Positions 11,991-24,700 of a stretch of 64,000 nt of DNA are shown one piece after another (the first letter of the stretch is position 1; the number at the start of each line of letters is the position of its first letter). The notes under the pieces were generated by a model. That model worked only from the letters and a program-made list of their open reading frames with translations, did not search any database and was not told the DNA's origin. The stretch spans positions 259,904,001-259,968,000 of the forward strand of contig OZ024742.1 of assembly GCA_964016885.1 (NCBI GenBank), given 5' to 3'. Source of the stretch: Eledone cirrhosa. Lineage: Eukaryota. The translations under genes were made by a program, and so were the position numbers.

Positions 11991-12680
11991 ACATAATCAT
12001 ACATTTAAAGTTTGACTCAATTTATTTTACTTTTGTGCAAATAGTTTATCAATTTTAATTACTACTTTTTGACATGTGCAGGTTATTGCAGACATTTTGG
12101 CTTATATAAAACATTGAAATAGTTATTCCAATTCTGGCTTGGATAGATTAAGTTTTAGATATTTCTAAAGTGGGGGGGCCACCTAGGTCATCATGGGGAA
12201 GAAGACTTTTCCTTTAAGTACCGTAAACGAAGATAAATGTGTCTTCTGCTTGTATAACTACAAAACATTTTTTTTTTCTGTAAAGAGGTGGAGAGTGAAG
12301 TCGATTTGATTGATCTATTCTATAACTTGTACTTATTTTCACTCAATCTCCAAGGAATTTGATTCCACACTGGAAGCACTGAACTAGCTACCATAAAGCA
12401 ATCCAGTTCTCTAGTATGTCTATTATTTTCCCATCGCCTTTATAGAGAAAAAAATTACAATTCGGTAATAAACGACTTTTGATGGCCTTGCAAATGAAGA
12501 TTAACAAGATTTTTGGAGGGGGCGAAATACATTAAACTTCCCATTACCTTCTGTAGCCCCTTGGGAGATGAATCCTTAACGTTGTATTACCTAATTTATA
12601 CAACGGTGATCTATAATTTTTGTTCCATCGTATGTATTTACAATGAGATGGACGGATTTAGTGAGTTATACATAGACAGA

Positions 12681-12826
12681 CGTAGGCATGGCTGTGTGGT
12701 TAAGTTGTTCATTTTGCAACCATGTAATTCTAGGTGCAATCCCATAGCCTCAGGTTGACCAATACCTTGTGGTAGAATTTGGTATAAAGAAACTCCAGGA
12801 GCAGCCCGTTGTAGATGTGTGTGTGT
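12681..12826 (+). mobile_element. SINE family C
   Basis: GGCATGGCTGTGTGGTTAAG head, ACCTTGTGG..GAAACT..GCCCGT tail followed by (TG)n. Confidence 0.7.
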
Positions 12827-12874
12827 AACTACCTGTCTTTAGCGAATCAACAAAAAAAGATCGAAAAAATAATG

Positions 12875-12975
12875 GTTTCTTATATAGGCACAAGACCAGC
12901 AATTTTGGGGGACGGGAAAGTTGATTAAATCGACCCAAATGTGTGACTGGTACTTTATGTTATCTACCCCGAAAG
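12875..12975 (-). mobile_element. SINE family A, 3' fragment
   Basis: GGCACAAGACCAGCAATTTTGGGG..CTGGTACTTTAT. Confidence 0.75.
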
Positions 12976-13229
12976 ATCGATAAAATAATTTTAAAAATAT
13001 GTCCTGGGGCTGTTATGATCAATTGAAGTCCCCTTTGAAATGGTACCACAGCCTGACCACTATCTAAACTTTAAAAGCAGTAAAAGAATAAAAGAATATT
13101 GGGTTTGGCTATTGTAGAATATCAATGGTCAGTTAGAAACAATCGGCTGTTCGGTTGGTTGCCTAATCACTCTACTGATTCCCACTATTTCTACAGAAGG
13201 TGTGTTTACAAAAGTTCTTACCGCAAGTA

Positions 13230-13329
13230 GAGCTCTGTTGCCTAGTGGTTAGGGTGTTGGATGCGCGATCCTAAGGTTATAGTTTCATTTCCTGAGCAGA
13301 GCTGCTCGTTTATTTTCTTAAGCAAAATA
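13230..13329 (+). mobile_element. SINE family B head, split by a Tc1/mariner insertion (continues at 17118)
   Basis: GCCTAGTGGTTAGGG box A; ..TTAAGCAAAATA|CTTTATTTCTCGTTGCTC restores the family core. Confidence 0.7.
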
Positions 13330-13564
13330 CAGGAAGGTCTGAAAGTCTTGTCACCCAAAAGGTATTGAGAAACAGTTTATGTTCTCATCGCAGTATCGTC
13401 CTCTTCGGAGGAGCTGGTTTGTCGAATCTTGCAGTGAAGTCATGTCGCACATCCTCCATGCTCTTGCCAGAATGCACACGATCATGTATCAATACACTTG
13501 CAAGCAGCCTCTCTTCCAAACTGTAGTAGCTCTGAAATAGAAAATTATATTATTATTATTATTA

Positions 13565-14712
13565 CAGTTGCATTTATCTTGCTTTATGTTCATACGAGTT
13601 ATCACCAAGTCACAACCAGTGACCTCAAGAGACAACAAGGTCCGCCATGTTCAAGAAAGAACATACATACTCACACATGCATCTTTAGTGTTTAGACTTG
13701 TGATGTACTTATATTGACAGAATCTTCCTTAGTATATGGGCAGTTCCCATTAGTACTATCTTTTGTATTTCTCCTATACGCGGGTTTCCTGGGATTTGCG
13801 ATAAGTAATCATTAGACCCCAGAGCGCCTACAACCACTGGTATTGTTTTAGTTCTCAATTTCCACATTTTTCCAATTTCTATCTCCAGGTCCTTATACTT
13901 GCTCAATTTTTCAAATGTTTTTATAGATACATTCTTGTCTATTGGAACAAACATATCAATTAGCAGGCATACCCTCTTTTTAAAGTCCTTCAATATTATA
14001 TCAGGTCTATTTGCATCTATTTTTCGGTCTGTTTGGATGCTAAAGTTCCACAAGATTGAGATGTGATCTTTTTCAAGTATGGGAGGTGGTTGATGCTCCC
14101 ACCAATTCTTTTGATGGGGCAGGTCAAAATGCTTACACATTATCCAATGTATGTATTGTGCAGCTCTGTCATGCCTGTTTAGGTATTCGGTTGGAGCTAT
14201 AGGACTGCACATTGAAATTATATGGTCAATGGTCTCTGGTTGTTTTTTGCATACACGGCATAATGGGCTGCATCCATCTTTTATTATGTTGGCTTGGTAA
14301 TTTTTTGTTGGCAGACACTGATCTTGTGCTGATATAATCAGTCCTTCAGTCTCCGATTTCAGTCCAGAGGATGCCAACCACTGATGGGTTAAGGTTTTGT
14401 AAACATCAGGATTGTTAGCTCGCTCTGGGTATTTTCCATACAGAGGCTTTTCTTGCCATTTCTTAGCCAGTTTCTGTAGCAGTTCTTTCTTTGCAGTTAC
14501 TTTTACCTGCTTTGCTTTTTCTGTGTTTTCCATTTCAGCAGTAAATGGGACTTCTGAAATTTGTAGTCCATTACTGTATCTTTGTGCATCTTTTGTAATG
14601 GAATATGATCTTTTGATGCTTTCGTGTTTCAAAACGAGTTTGATCATCCAATCATGTGATTCCCTTAGATATGTAGATAATCCAATTGTTGCAGTTTTCA
14701 ACGCAATGTCTA

Positions 14713-14714
<2 letters not shown>
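13565..14714 (-). mobile_element. R4/Dong-clade non-LTR retrotransposon, 5'-truncated (family 1)
   Basis: CCHC CRVC..H..C, RHD, RPDI, LID, KLSKYKDL restriction-like endonuclease motifs; (TAA)n on both sides. Confidence 0.92.
13709..14714 (-). CDS. C-terminal part of an R4/Dong polyprotein (zinc knuckle plus RLE)
   Basis: Open frame of about 335 aa; the N-terminal poly-I in the track comes from the microsatellite. Confidence 0.8.
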
Positions 14715-14768
<54 letters not shown>

Positions 14769-16319
14769 GTTCTTTGAGTCTCAGTCATTGATGTTATTTA
14801 ACTGGAAAGTTTGTTGTAATGAATATCAAGCCACTACCTGCAGCCTCAGATATTCAGGACGTATCGGAGGGTTCTTACTGTTCCCAGCAAGCATGCCTTT
14901 TGAAGCGTTCCAAAAAGCGTGGCGGTGCCAATTTTCTTTAACCATCCCTGGAAACTTTTTGAGATAGTACCCAGTGCGCCTATGACAATCGGGACCACTT
15001 TGACTTCATGGCAGTTCCAAATCCTTTTTAGCTCCCACTTTAAGTCCTGGTATCGGTTAATTTTCTCCCTCTCCTTCTCTTGCACTCTCGTGTCGAATGG
15101 GCAGGCCACATCCACAATCAGGCACGATCTTTTTTCTTTGTCCAAAACCACCAGGTCAGATCTATTGTGTTCCAGTTTCTTGTCCGTCTGTATCCTAAAA
15201 TCCCACAGCACCTTCACCTGATCGTTTTCTATCACCGACTCTGGCTTATACTCATACCACTTCTCAGAGTGTGGGAAATTGTTTACTTTGCATAGGTGCC
15301 AGTGGATCACCCTGCCCATCACATCATGTCTCCAGCCTTTATAGTGAGTCTGGGCTAGGTGTTTACACTCGGATACAATGTGAGCCACAGTCTCCTCTCT
15401 CTCTCCACAGATCCTGCACAGTAAATATGGTGTTTCAACCACTTCGTTTTGAGGGCCTGCTCTTGCGCAGCCATTAACATTCCTTCTGTAGCCTTTTTAA
15501 GGTCTCCTCTTTTCAACCAGTTCCATGTCTGTGGATCTCTGAATTCAGTTTTCTCAAAGAAGGTACTATGAAGGGATTTTTCATGAAGGCTGCTCTTTCT
15601 CCTTGTTGTTATTTCCTCCTTGGACATCCCCTGCTCTATTGTCCTCTCCTTCAGTACAGTTCTGAGCATTGGCTCCTTACTATCAGTCACGTATTTGTGT
15701 AGGTTGTTTTTCTCCATCTGAACACAGTCCTCTATGCTGATAAGACCTCTTCCACCCTCAGATCTCCTTAAGTAGAGTCTATCGACATCACTCCTCTTGT
15801 GGAACATGTTGTAGATAGTCAATAGCTTCCTAGTCTTCCTATCCATTTCTTTTTGTTCAGCAACATTCCATCTCAGAATTCCCGCACTGTACCTAATAAT
15901 AGACACAGCTCGGGAATTTACTGCACTTATGGCATTCCTACTGTTCAGATGTGACTTTAATACGCTCCTTACTCTCCGAATGTATTCAGATCTTATCAAT
16001 TCCTTCATTTTTTTTGTTCTTGATGTCATCAGCCTCCAGAACACCCAAATACTTGTATCCTTCTTCAGTGACAATTTCCTTTATCATCTCACCTGTTGGT
16101 ACCTGGATTCCGTTGCTTCTGCTCAATTTACCCCTCTTCATCACAAGGACTCCACACTTACTAATACCAAATTGCATACATATATCATTGCTGAAAATAC
16201 GGACAGTGTCAACAAGCACATCCAACTCCTTCTCACTCTTCCCGAAGAGCTTAAGATCGTCCATGAAGAGGAGGTGATTGATGGTAAGCTCTCCCTTTCC
16301 CAACTTGTATCCTGCTCTC
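14769..16319 (-). mobile_element. R4/Dong-clade retrotransposon, 5'-truncated, frameshifted (family 2)
   Basis: RT INHLLFMDDLKLF, YKYLG, GGRGL; CRIC..H..C, RHD, KINRYQDL; frameshifts near 16010 and 15440. Confidence 0.93.
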
Positions 16320-16412
<93 letters not shown>

Positions 16413-16415
<3 letters not shown>

Positions 16416-16772
16416 TTTGAGTCTCAGTCATTGATGTTAGTTAACTGGAAAGTTTGTTTAAATGAATATCAAGCCACTACCTGCAGCCTCAGATATTCAG
16501 GACATATCGGAGGGTTCGTGCTGTTCCCAGCAAACATGCCTTTTGAAGCGTTCCAAAAAGCGTGGCCGGGTCAATTTTCTGTAACCATACCTGGAAACTT
16601 TTTGAGATAGTACCTAGTGCGCCTATGACAATCGCGACCACTTTGACTTCATGGCAGTTCCAAATCTTTTTTACCTCCCACTTTAAGTCCTGGTATCGGT
16701 TAATTTTCTCCCTCTCCTTCTCTTGCACTCTCGTGTCGAATGGGCAGGCCACATCCACAATCAGGCACGATC
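16413..16772 (-). mobile_element. R4/Dong family 2, short 3' fragment
   Basis: Highly similar to 14769-15130; flanked by (TAA)n. Confidence 0.92.
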
Positions 16773-16828
<56 letters not shown>

Positions 16829-16831
16829 TAA

Positions 16832-17022
16832 AGGTGGTAGTTTGGCAGTATCGGTAGAGGGTCGGACGCCATGCTTTGCAGTAAAGAGTTACGGCCCTTT
16901 ATGGTCTGAGTTCAAATCCCGCCGAGGTTAACTTTGCCTTTCATCCTTACGGGGTCGATAAAATAAAGTACCAGTAATACACTGGGATAATTGGTGGCCT
17001 TGTGCCAAAAGTAGAAACAATT
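16832..17022 (+). mobile_element. SINE family A, full length
   Basis: Head TTGGCAGTATCGGTAGA, box B GAGTTCAAATCC; TSD-like TTATATATTA at 16821 and 17021. Confidence 0.9.
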
Positions 17023-17299
17023 ATATATTATAATTAATGATATATATATTATATAATCAAAACAAAAAATGATGAAAGTTGTAATAAGGGGTGACAAGAC
17101 TTTCGGACCACCCTGTACTTTATTTCTCGTTGCTCTTTTTGGCAGTTGTGACCGGTCGACGTTATCAGCAAAGGTAGGACCAATAGAAACGGAAGTCCAT
17201 CGATTAGTTTTGAGATTTACATTAACACAGATATAGTTTAGTTTTGTCTGTCAATTTAATGTTGTCAGCTTTCTTCTTCTTTTTGAGTGTCATTAAAAT

Positions 17300-17490
17300 T
17301 GCAGTGTGTGTCAAGTTAGTTCTTTGAATTACAAGTAAAGTTCATCCGATGGAGTTCCAAACACGCTAGATCTCCTGAGAATATTACGTTGAGTATGCGC
17401 GACTATGGAATGTTCAGCTACTTATACATAAATTTCATGATCAGGCTGTTCCGTTGATCAAACATTTATCGTCTAAACCGATGGAGGTCC
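17300..17490 (+). mobile_element. Degenerate SINE family B tail
   Basis: AGGCTGTTCCGTTGATC..ACCGATGGAG. Confidence 0.55.
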
Positions 17491-17509
17491 ATTTTGTAAT
17501 TGTAGTAAT

Positions 17510-17970
17510 GGTATTGGCTGTGATGTTGTTGTGTAGGTTGTGCTGATTGTTAGTGACGATGCTGTGGTGGTGGTGGCGATGCTGTTGTTGTTGTTGGTGG
17601 TGGTGTGGTGTTGGTGGTGGTTGTGGTGGTGGTGGCGATGCTGTTGTTGTTGTTGGTGGTGGTGATGGTGACGATTCTGTTGTTGATGGTGGTGGTGGTG
17701 GTAGCGGTGGTGGTGGTGGTGGCGGTGGTAGCGGTGGTGGCGGTGGTGGCATTGGTGTCATTGGTGGTGTGGTGGTGATTTTTTGTGGCGGCTTTACTGT
17801 TGGTACTTATTTTTGTTGTAGTGGTGTAGCTGTTGTTGTTGTAGTTAATGTTACTGTTGATGCTGCCGTTGTTGTTGGTGGTGATGTTGCTACTACTGTT
17901 ATTGTTGTTGTTGTTGGTGGTGGTGGTGGTGTTGTTACTGTTGTTGCTGTTGGTGGTGGTGGTGTTAGTG
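17510..17970. repeat. (GGT)n/(GTT)n low-complexity tract
   Basis: Direct reading. Confidence 0.9.
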
Positions 17971-18204
17971 CTTTTTTTATTCTATATTTATTTCCCTTTA
18001 TTTAACTATGTTGTGCTTAAAGTTAATCAGATTGCCAGATCATGGCCCATACATCTAGAATGAGAGAAACTAGAGTTTATTTCTGTAACCACTAAACCCA
18101 ACTTGATAGCTTAAAGCTAACCTCAACTTAGTCATGCACACTTCTTTACCATCTATTTCTCCACACAATTATGCTATAAGCCAAATATTCAATGACCAAC
18201 TATT

Positions 18205-18443
18205 ATTCTCCCTCCCCTCCTCTTCCTTCTCCTCCTTCTCTACGTTCCTCCTCTAGACTTCCTCCTCTCATCTTCCTCCTCTCCCCTTCCTCCTCTCCCC
18301 CTTCCTCTTCTCATCTTTCCCTTTCCTCCTCTTTTGCTCATCTTTCTTCTAATTCTTCTTCTTGGTTTTCTTATCACTACTTTGCTTCTCTTTTTCTTCA
18401 TGTTTTTTTGTATATTTTCATTATTATTAGTATTATTTATTTA

Positions 18444-18479
<36 letters not shown>

Positions 18480-18594
18480 AATCATCGTTCTTCTTTCTTT
18501 TCAATCTATCTATCTATCAAGTTTTGCAAGACAACAATGTTGTAAAAGAAGAAGAACCAATATTTTCTTATTACCACCACTACCACTATTACTA

Positions 18595-18665
<71 letters not shown>
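18205..18665. repeat. (CCT)n, (GTT)n and (CA)n compound microsatellites
   Basis: Direct reading. Confidence 0.85.
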
Positions 18666-18667
<2 letters not shown>

Positions 18668-18894
18668 ACTGTGAAACACCTCGCAACGTTGTAATCCGCT
18701 TTAGAGATTTGTGGTGAGCTGTATCGTCTCTCCAGTTGTTAGCATTTTCGGCGCGAGAAAAGTATTGTTATGCAAAGGTGGATCCATTTTAGCTTTTCGT
18801 GTCGAAGAAAACATCGGCACAATGGAATTTGCAATGTTATACAGCTTGCTTAATGGAAATGCTCTTATAGAAGCAAAAGGGGAAACGGGAGAAG

Positions 18895-18935
<41 letters not shown>

Positions 18936-19342
18936 ATTTTCTTCCACTACAAAAATCTCACTTTCATTTTAAAATATTCCATTGTGTCTATATTTGTTAG
19001 TGCATATTTTTGTTTGTTCGTTTTTTGTTTTTTATTTTGCTGTCTTTTGTAAGCTGTGTTGTAGTTGCTGCTATAATACAGCGGTACTTAACCACAAGTT
19101 TTCTCTCTTCACTCCCATCGCCATAATTCTCATCAACTGTACCGTAATCATTTCAATTGTCAATTGTTATTATTATTGTCATAGCTGTTCTGTTATGGTA
19201 GCTATTGTTATTGCTGTTGTTATTAATATTATTATTGTTGCTGTTGTTGTTGTTACCGGCGCCACCATGACACTGTGATAGTACTGACACCATTGATAGT
19301 AAAACATTCATTATATACAGGTGTGTGTGTATTTGTATGAAA

Positions 19343-19534
19343 TAATTGTTTCTAATTTTGGCACAAGGCCGGTAATTATCCCAGTGCATTACTGGTACTT
19401 TATTTTATCGACCCCGTAAGGATGAAAGGCAAAGTTAACCTCGGCGGGATTTGAGCCCAGACCGTAGAGGGCCGTAACTTAATACTGCAAAGCATGGCGT
19501 CCGACCCTTTACCGATACTGCCAATCCACCGCCC
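19343..19534 (-). mobile_element. SINE family A, full length, with 18-bp TSD
   Basis: GTATTTGTATG(A/T)AATAAT at 19329-19346 and 19537-19554. Confidence 0.92.
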
Positions 19535-19555
19535 TGGTATTTGTATGTAATAATA

Positions 19556-19770
19556 TTGGCAGTATCGGTAGAACGTTGGACAAAATGCTTTGCAGTATCT
19601 AGTTACGACTTTCGACGTTCTGTGTTCAAATCACGCCGTGGTTAAATTAACCTTTCATCCTTCCGGGGTCGATAAATTAAAGTACCAGTCAATTACTAGG
19701 GTCAATTCAATTGACTTTCTCCTTCTCCTCAAATGGTTGGCCGTTTACCTAAATACCTAAAGTAGAAATT
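19556..19770 (+). mobile_element. SINE family A, older subfamily
   Basis: CCTTTCATCCTTCCGGGGTCGATAAATTAAAGTACCAG. Confidence 0.85.
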
Positions 19771-19789
19771 AATAAATAACGATAATTAA

Positions 19790-20680
19790 TATTTCGTTAT
19801 TGGCCACAAAGTCCTACATATAGGTGACAATACAAAAGAGAGGGACAGTGGGGGGTTTCCAAAAACATTGAGTAAATAATATAACAAAACAATAATAATC
19901 AACTAGAAATATATAACAATATAAATTCCCCAATAGCGGGGAGAACCACCCAGGGGGGACTCAAGAATCCCACCAATCCTGAAGCACCCGACGCTCCAAG
20001 AGCACTCGGGGAGAGCACCTCTCTCCTCTTCAAATTAACCAGCCTACAGACACATACTCAGGGCCATTTTCGCAACATCCATCCACCTTTTAGAAAATGT
20101 ACTGGGGCCAGCATTTCCCTCTTCACCCTCACCTTCCTTTCCAAGTGAAACTTGAAAAAGTTGATGAGGGATTGGCCGAAGAGAAAAGTGTCTGTCTTCG
20201 GTCCTTTCAACCTGGTCCACCACGCAACCTCTTAAACTGCTTGCCCTCCCCAGCCAAAAGAAGGCGACAAGGCGATCTTCACTAAGGACTCGGTCGATAG
20301 CCGGATCCATCCCACGAGCAATAACAGCTGTTCAACATAACTCCACAAGTCAATAATGCACGGACATTGGATGAGTGCTTGCAGAAAGATTTTCATCGTT
20401 CTGCGCGCATCTCGGACTGGTCCGTCTGATCGCACTTCTGTGTCTGTAGAGTTTATTTCGAACCGGCAGTGCCCCCCCCCCCTCCCCCGGTAGCACTGCC
20501 TGGCTAGGGATTTCTGGGAGATATCCATGGGCCCTGAATCAAAGGTTCTTCGGTAATTAGTGACTAGTCGATTTTCGTCGACGCCCAGATTCTCGCCAAG
20601 AACAACGTCGCTTTCACCCGCCGCTATTCTTTTATTGAACGTCAAGCTGGCGTTTCCACCAGTCGTACTGCCCGATTGAC
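19790..20680 (-). mobile_element. Tx1/L1-clade LINE 3' fragment, degenerate
   Basis: QKSLARQCYRG..RDKLYRH..PRCAQNDE../LQALIQCP..LWSYVEQLL..CVVDQ/WWTRLKG: zf-RVT-like C-terminus with frameshifts; 3' UTR ends TGTGGCCAATAACGAAAT. Confidence 0.72.
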
Positions 20681-21062
20681 AGAGGAAATGACACATATGA
20701 GTTAAATAAACAGAGAAAAAGTTGCAGATGATGAGAGTTAGGAGAAAAAGATTGACATAAATGTAGTGACCGTTGGTCACTATATTTTCTCTTATAATGT
20801 CGGCTCTTCCAGCGCGTCTCCCTCGCCACCATCCAGGGAAACGCCTTCTTTATTCTGTCCGCCGTACTGTGTACTGTTTGCGAAATTCTCTATGACCAGA
20901 CTGGCCCTTTGAATTATAGTCCATCTGTTTGTTTTTAATAAGAAACTTTAGGTGGGTGGGTGTGGGTGTGTAGGGGTGTGGGGTGTAGGGGGAATGGGTG
21001 TGGGGGTGGGTATATGGATGTGTGTAAATAAGTATATAAATATGTATAGCTGTAAAGATTGT

Positions 21063-21210
21063 GGATACACATGGTCAAATAATTAAGACGGTAACTTCAT
21101 AGTCATTAAGTTCCGGGTTCGAAACCACTGCGAAGCTTGTTGGGTATATGTCATTTACTTGGATCGACCCAAGCCTTGTGAGGGAAACTGTTTGGAAGGC
21201 AATCCGATTA
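21063..21210 (+). mobile_element. SINE family C
   Basis: GTTCCGGGTTCGAAACCACTGCG..GACCCAAGCCTTGTGAG. Confidence 0.65.
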
Positions 21211-21534
21211 ACTGCCAGGCTGAACCTCCTAAGGGAGCTACACGTATCTATGGAACGCTTAATTATTTACACGTTAATTCCCCGAGCAGACAATTCCTTA
21301 GATCAAATATGTGGACCATTCCATTCTACAATCGAAGAAATAAAATAGAGGGGCTTTGGCGTATTATGTATTCATATGCTTTCGTACAAATAGGAAAGGA
21401 TGCTTCAACTTCCCAGGTTTGAAAACAGCGGAATATAACCAAATACTGAGTGTTGACTAATGGATTCTATTTTGTGCAAGTTGTATTCTTCAGCAAAATA
21501 TTTTATTTCATGATGTGCTTTCTGCTAGGTGTTG

Positions 21535-21800
21535 CGTTCGTCAAACAGTAACAGCAATGGAAAGACCAATGGAAATATTGTTTCCTTGGTCCGATCTAAC
21601 GATCAGCTTCTTTCTTCTGCCAGGATTTGTGACTGACAGATAATATCATCAATGGAAAGATCAGTGGAAACATTGTTTCCTCTGTCCCATCTCATGACCA
21701 GCTCCTTCCTTCTGCCATGATTTTTTACCAACAGAGGATATTAGAAATGGAAAGACCAATGAAAACATTGTTACCTTGGTCCGATCTGACGATCAGTTCC
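21535..21800 (+). repeat. Three tandem ~91-bp copies of a SINE-tail module
   Basis: AATGGAAAGACCAATGGAAAYATTGTTTCCTTGGTCCGATCT repeated three times; also near 1860 and 11800. Confidence 0.75.
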
Positions 21801-22766
21801 TTTTATTTTTATTTCTTTCGTTCACTAGATTTTTCAGACCGTTATTGTTAATTTCTTTTGATATAGAACAAGGCGACTTTTTTCTAGTAGAATACAATCA
21901 CCTGAACGATTTCAGGTTATAATACTTATTTAATCGATACATTTTTCTACAGAGATGAAAGGAAATGTTGATTCTTTTAAAATAGATAGGCCAAAAACTA
22001 AACGAAATTATACATAAAAATTCTATTTGTCCTTTCTTGTTCTTCAGCTATCTCATTCCTCTCATTATTGAAGTATGAAACACAGCAACAACAACAAAAT
22101 GATATTTGTATTAAATTATAAATTATAAGTGAATTAAGCAGAAAATTTTTGGAAATTATACAGAAAATAAATTTTAGTAAATTAATAAATAGTTGAAAAG
22201 GAAGTATAAAAGTAAAAAAAAAAAAAAAATACCAAAACTAAAAGTAAAACTAAAATGATATTAAAAAGACAAAAGTTTTCATTTTTATTTTTGGTCGGAT
22301 ATTGTATTGCTTCGTCTCATGGTATTATGTATCCATTTCTGGAAGAAGCAGAGTTGTCAGTTAAGAAGAATATCTTACATGGCCGTTTTTGAAAGGGAAG
22401 CCAAACATGATAAGCTATTGGGAATCGAACGAAAGAAGAAAAAAACTAACTTTGAAATATAAATGAAATAAATGAATTATTTAGCTGAGAAAGAAGAAAT
22501 TTGTTAGAAATGAATTTAAATTTCTAGTTGTAAAATTTACACACACACACACATATGGTTTAAAGTCACACTATATATACACGTGTGTGTGTGTGTGTGT
22601 ATGCGCGTGTGTGTGTAAATTTCTTGTACAATGAACACACATGCTGTTTATGATTAGAATATGTCTATGTTTGTGTATGTGTGTGTGTGTGCGCGCGTGT
22701 ATGTGTGTGTAAATACCCTTTTGTATAATTTATACACACGTACATGCAGTTTATATTTATAATATA

Positions 22767-23343
22767 CTAGCAGTGGTACCCGGCGTTGCACGGGATAAGG
22801 TATTTTGGAACGCGGGCCGCCAACAGACTTAATCGTGGAAAAACTGCATGCCTGGATATGTAAAGAAAATAAACTGAATACTCTGATGGCTGGATAATCT
22901 TTGAGATTTTCCTCGATGAAGCAGGAAAAATGCAGGTTTTCACTTAATGCGGGCTCTAGGGGATCAAGAAAATTAATTTTTTTATGTGCATAATATGCCT
23001 TGAAATTTCGGGAAAATCGGCTAGACGTAACGCCTCAAAAAAGCCCTAAAAAGCTGAGGAAATGAAGTTTTTCACCTAATGCGGGCCCTAGGCCATAAAA
23101 AAGTTGGATTTTCTTTGCTCACGGTATGAAGAAGAGACTGATTAATACATAGTTACAATTTCAAGGAAATCGGTCTGACGTAACGCCTCAAAAAAAACCT
23201 AAAAAGCTGAAAAAACGCAGTTTTTCACCTAGGGGATCAAAAAGTTGAATTTTTTATGTGCATAACACTCCCTGAAACATAAGTAATACACATGTAATGT
23301 TTGAAAAAAATCGGTTGGGTACTTTTAGGGATTCAAACTCACA

Positions 23344-23414
<71 letters not shown>

Positions 23415-23439
23415 CCATCCTCAGTTTTATATATATAGA
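22767..23439 (-). mobile_element. Non-autonomous Helitron
   Basis: Minus strand starts TC and ends CTAG, inserted between A and T; subterminal hairpin CCCGTGCAACGCCGGG; internal ~140-bp repeats and (CA)n. Confidence 0.85.
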
Positions 23440-23889
23440 TATGTGTGTGTCTGAGTGTGTATTCGATCGTAATGCCGTAGGTTCAATTGAAAAACCGAGT
23501 ATCACGCTATGTTCTTGAGCAAGATATTTCATTCATTTAACATTGCACTAGTCAATTCAGCTGAAAATCAGTACCAGTAGTAGTTGGGTTTAACCCTGCA
23601 ATAGTCCAGTCATTCTTTCAGTTACTTAACGCCAATGAAACTGTGGTGAGCATCGGCCTGATGAGCTTCCAGATTTGTGACAGATTTTAACTTTTAACTA
23701 ACATGATATTAAGCGTTGAATCATAATGCTGCTCTCACTCTCTGTGACTGGACGCCAATGAAACCAGGATAAGATGCGGCCTTATGAGAGGCCAGTTTTT
23801 AGAACAGACTTTATCTTTTACTCAACTTTCGGGTAACTTACCTCTGTTTCTACATAGATACTTGTCAAGAAATATGTTATTGTTACGAG

Positions 23890-24700
23890 TTTGACCAGAA
23901 AGAATTATCGCGTTCCAGAGGAATTATTGTAGAAGGTTCTGTAGGAATATGGGATCGGTGGACAGCTTCTTAAGTCTAAACCCTTCAATGTGGGTGTCTG
24001 ACTCCACCAAGGGTATGTACTGCCACTTCTTCTGTTCATAATTTTCATGCGAAGACTGAAACACACGTCCACTGAAAGAAGCCTGCGCAATCCACTTTAC
24101 ATGTGAGTTGAGTTCCACTGAATCAGGGGGAGAAGTTTCAAGTATCTAAGGGCCGTTTTCACGAGTGGTGGAAGGCAGGAGGCTGGATGAAATGCAAGAA
24201 TTGCAGAAACTGATGCAGTAAAGCGCCAACTTCACCATTCGGTAATCAGAAGAGAGGGTAGGTGTAAAAGCCAAACTCGCTATCTTCAATTCGGTATTTG
24301 TGCCAACCCTTACCTATCGTCATTAATATTGGGTAATGACCGAAAGAATACGATCACATTCCAACGTTACTCGATAGAGTGCGTAGCTTAGAGATCAGAG
24401 AGTCGCTCCAGGCAGAACCGCTATTTCTGTGAATTGAGATATCACAGCTCCGATAGTACGGAAATGAGATCAGAATGTTTAAGGAAAGAATTGTATATAT
24501 TTTACGGGTAAAACCATCCGGCAGGAGACCTTGGGTAGACCACGAACAAGATAGTTAAATATCATCCATGAGTTCGACTAGTCTCGCTTGGGGATCCAGC
24601 CAGATTAATTGGTGACAGTTGCCTCTGACAGGACCCGCTAGAAAGCGTCCTTGAGGACTCTGACTCTGCAACCCTCACAGAAATAAGTGGGTGAAGAAGA
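23890..24700 (+). pseudogene. Degenerate RTE (Expander/Rex3-like) LINE, RT to 3' end
   Basis: VPEELL.KVL.EYGI; KSKPFNVGV.LHQG..LLFIIFM; FKYL; KAKLAIFNSVFVPTLTY..WVMTERIRS, with stops and deletions. Confidence 0.8.

Larger units (their letters stand above)
13330..17115 (-). mobile_element. Non-autonomous Tc1/mariner-type DNA transposon hosting nested retroelements
   Basis: TIRs CAGGAAGGTCTGAAAGTCTTGTCACCC / GGGTGACAAGACTTTCGGACCACCCTG, TA TSD on both sides. Minus-strand remnant SYYSLEERLLASV..SMEDVRHDFTARFDKPAPPKRTILR resembles a transposase N-terminal HTH. Confidence 0.82.

Noticed and set aside
16832-17022. Family A SINE as partner of the adjacent Dong elements
   Set aside because: No shared 3' sequence; tails have opposite polarity, (ATT)n vs (TAA)n
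21745-21800. Hammerhead using CTGACGA and GAAA
   Set aside because: No NUH after helix III and no helix I
23630-23800. Hammerhead at GAAAC..GGCCTGATGAGC and its second copy
   Set aside because: Helices I and III cannot be formed; it looks like a SINE 3' tail
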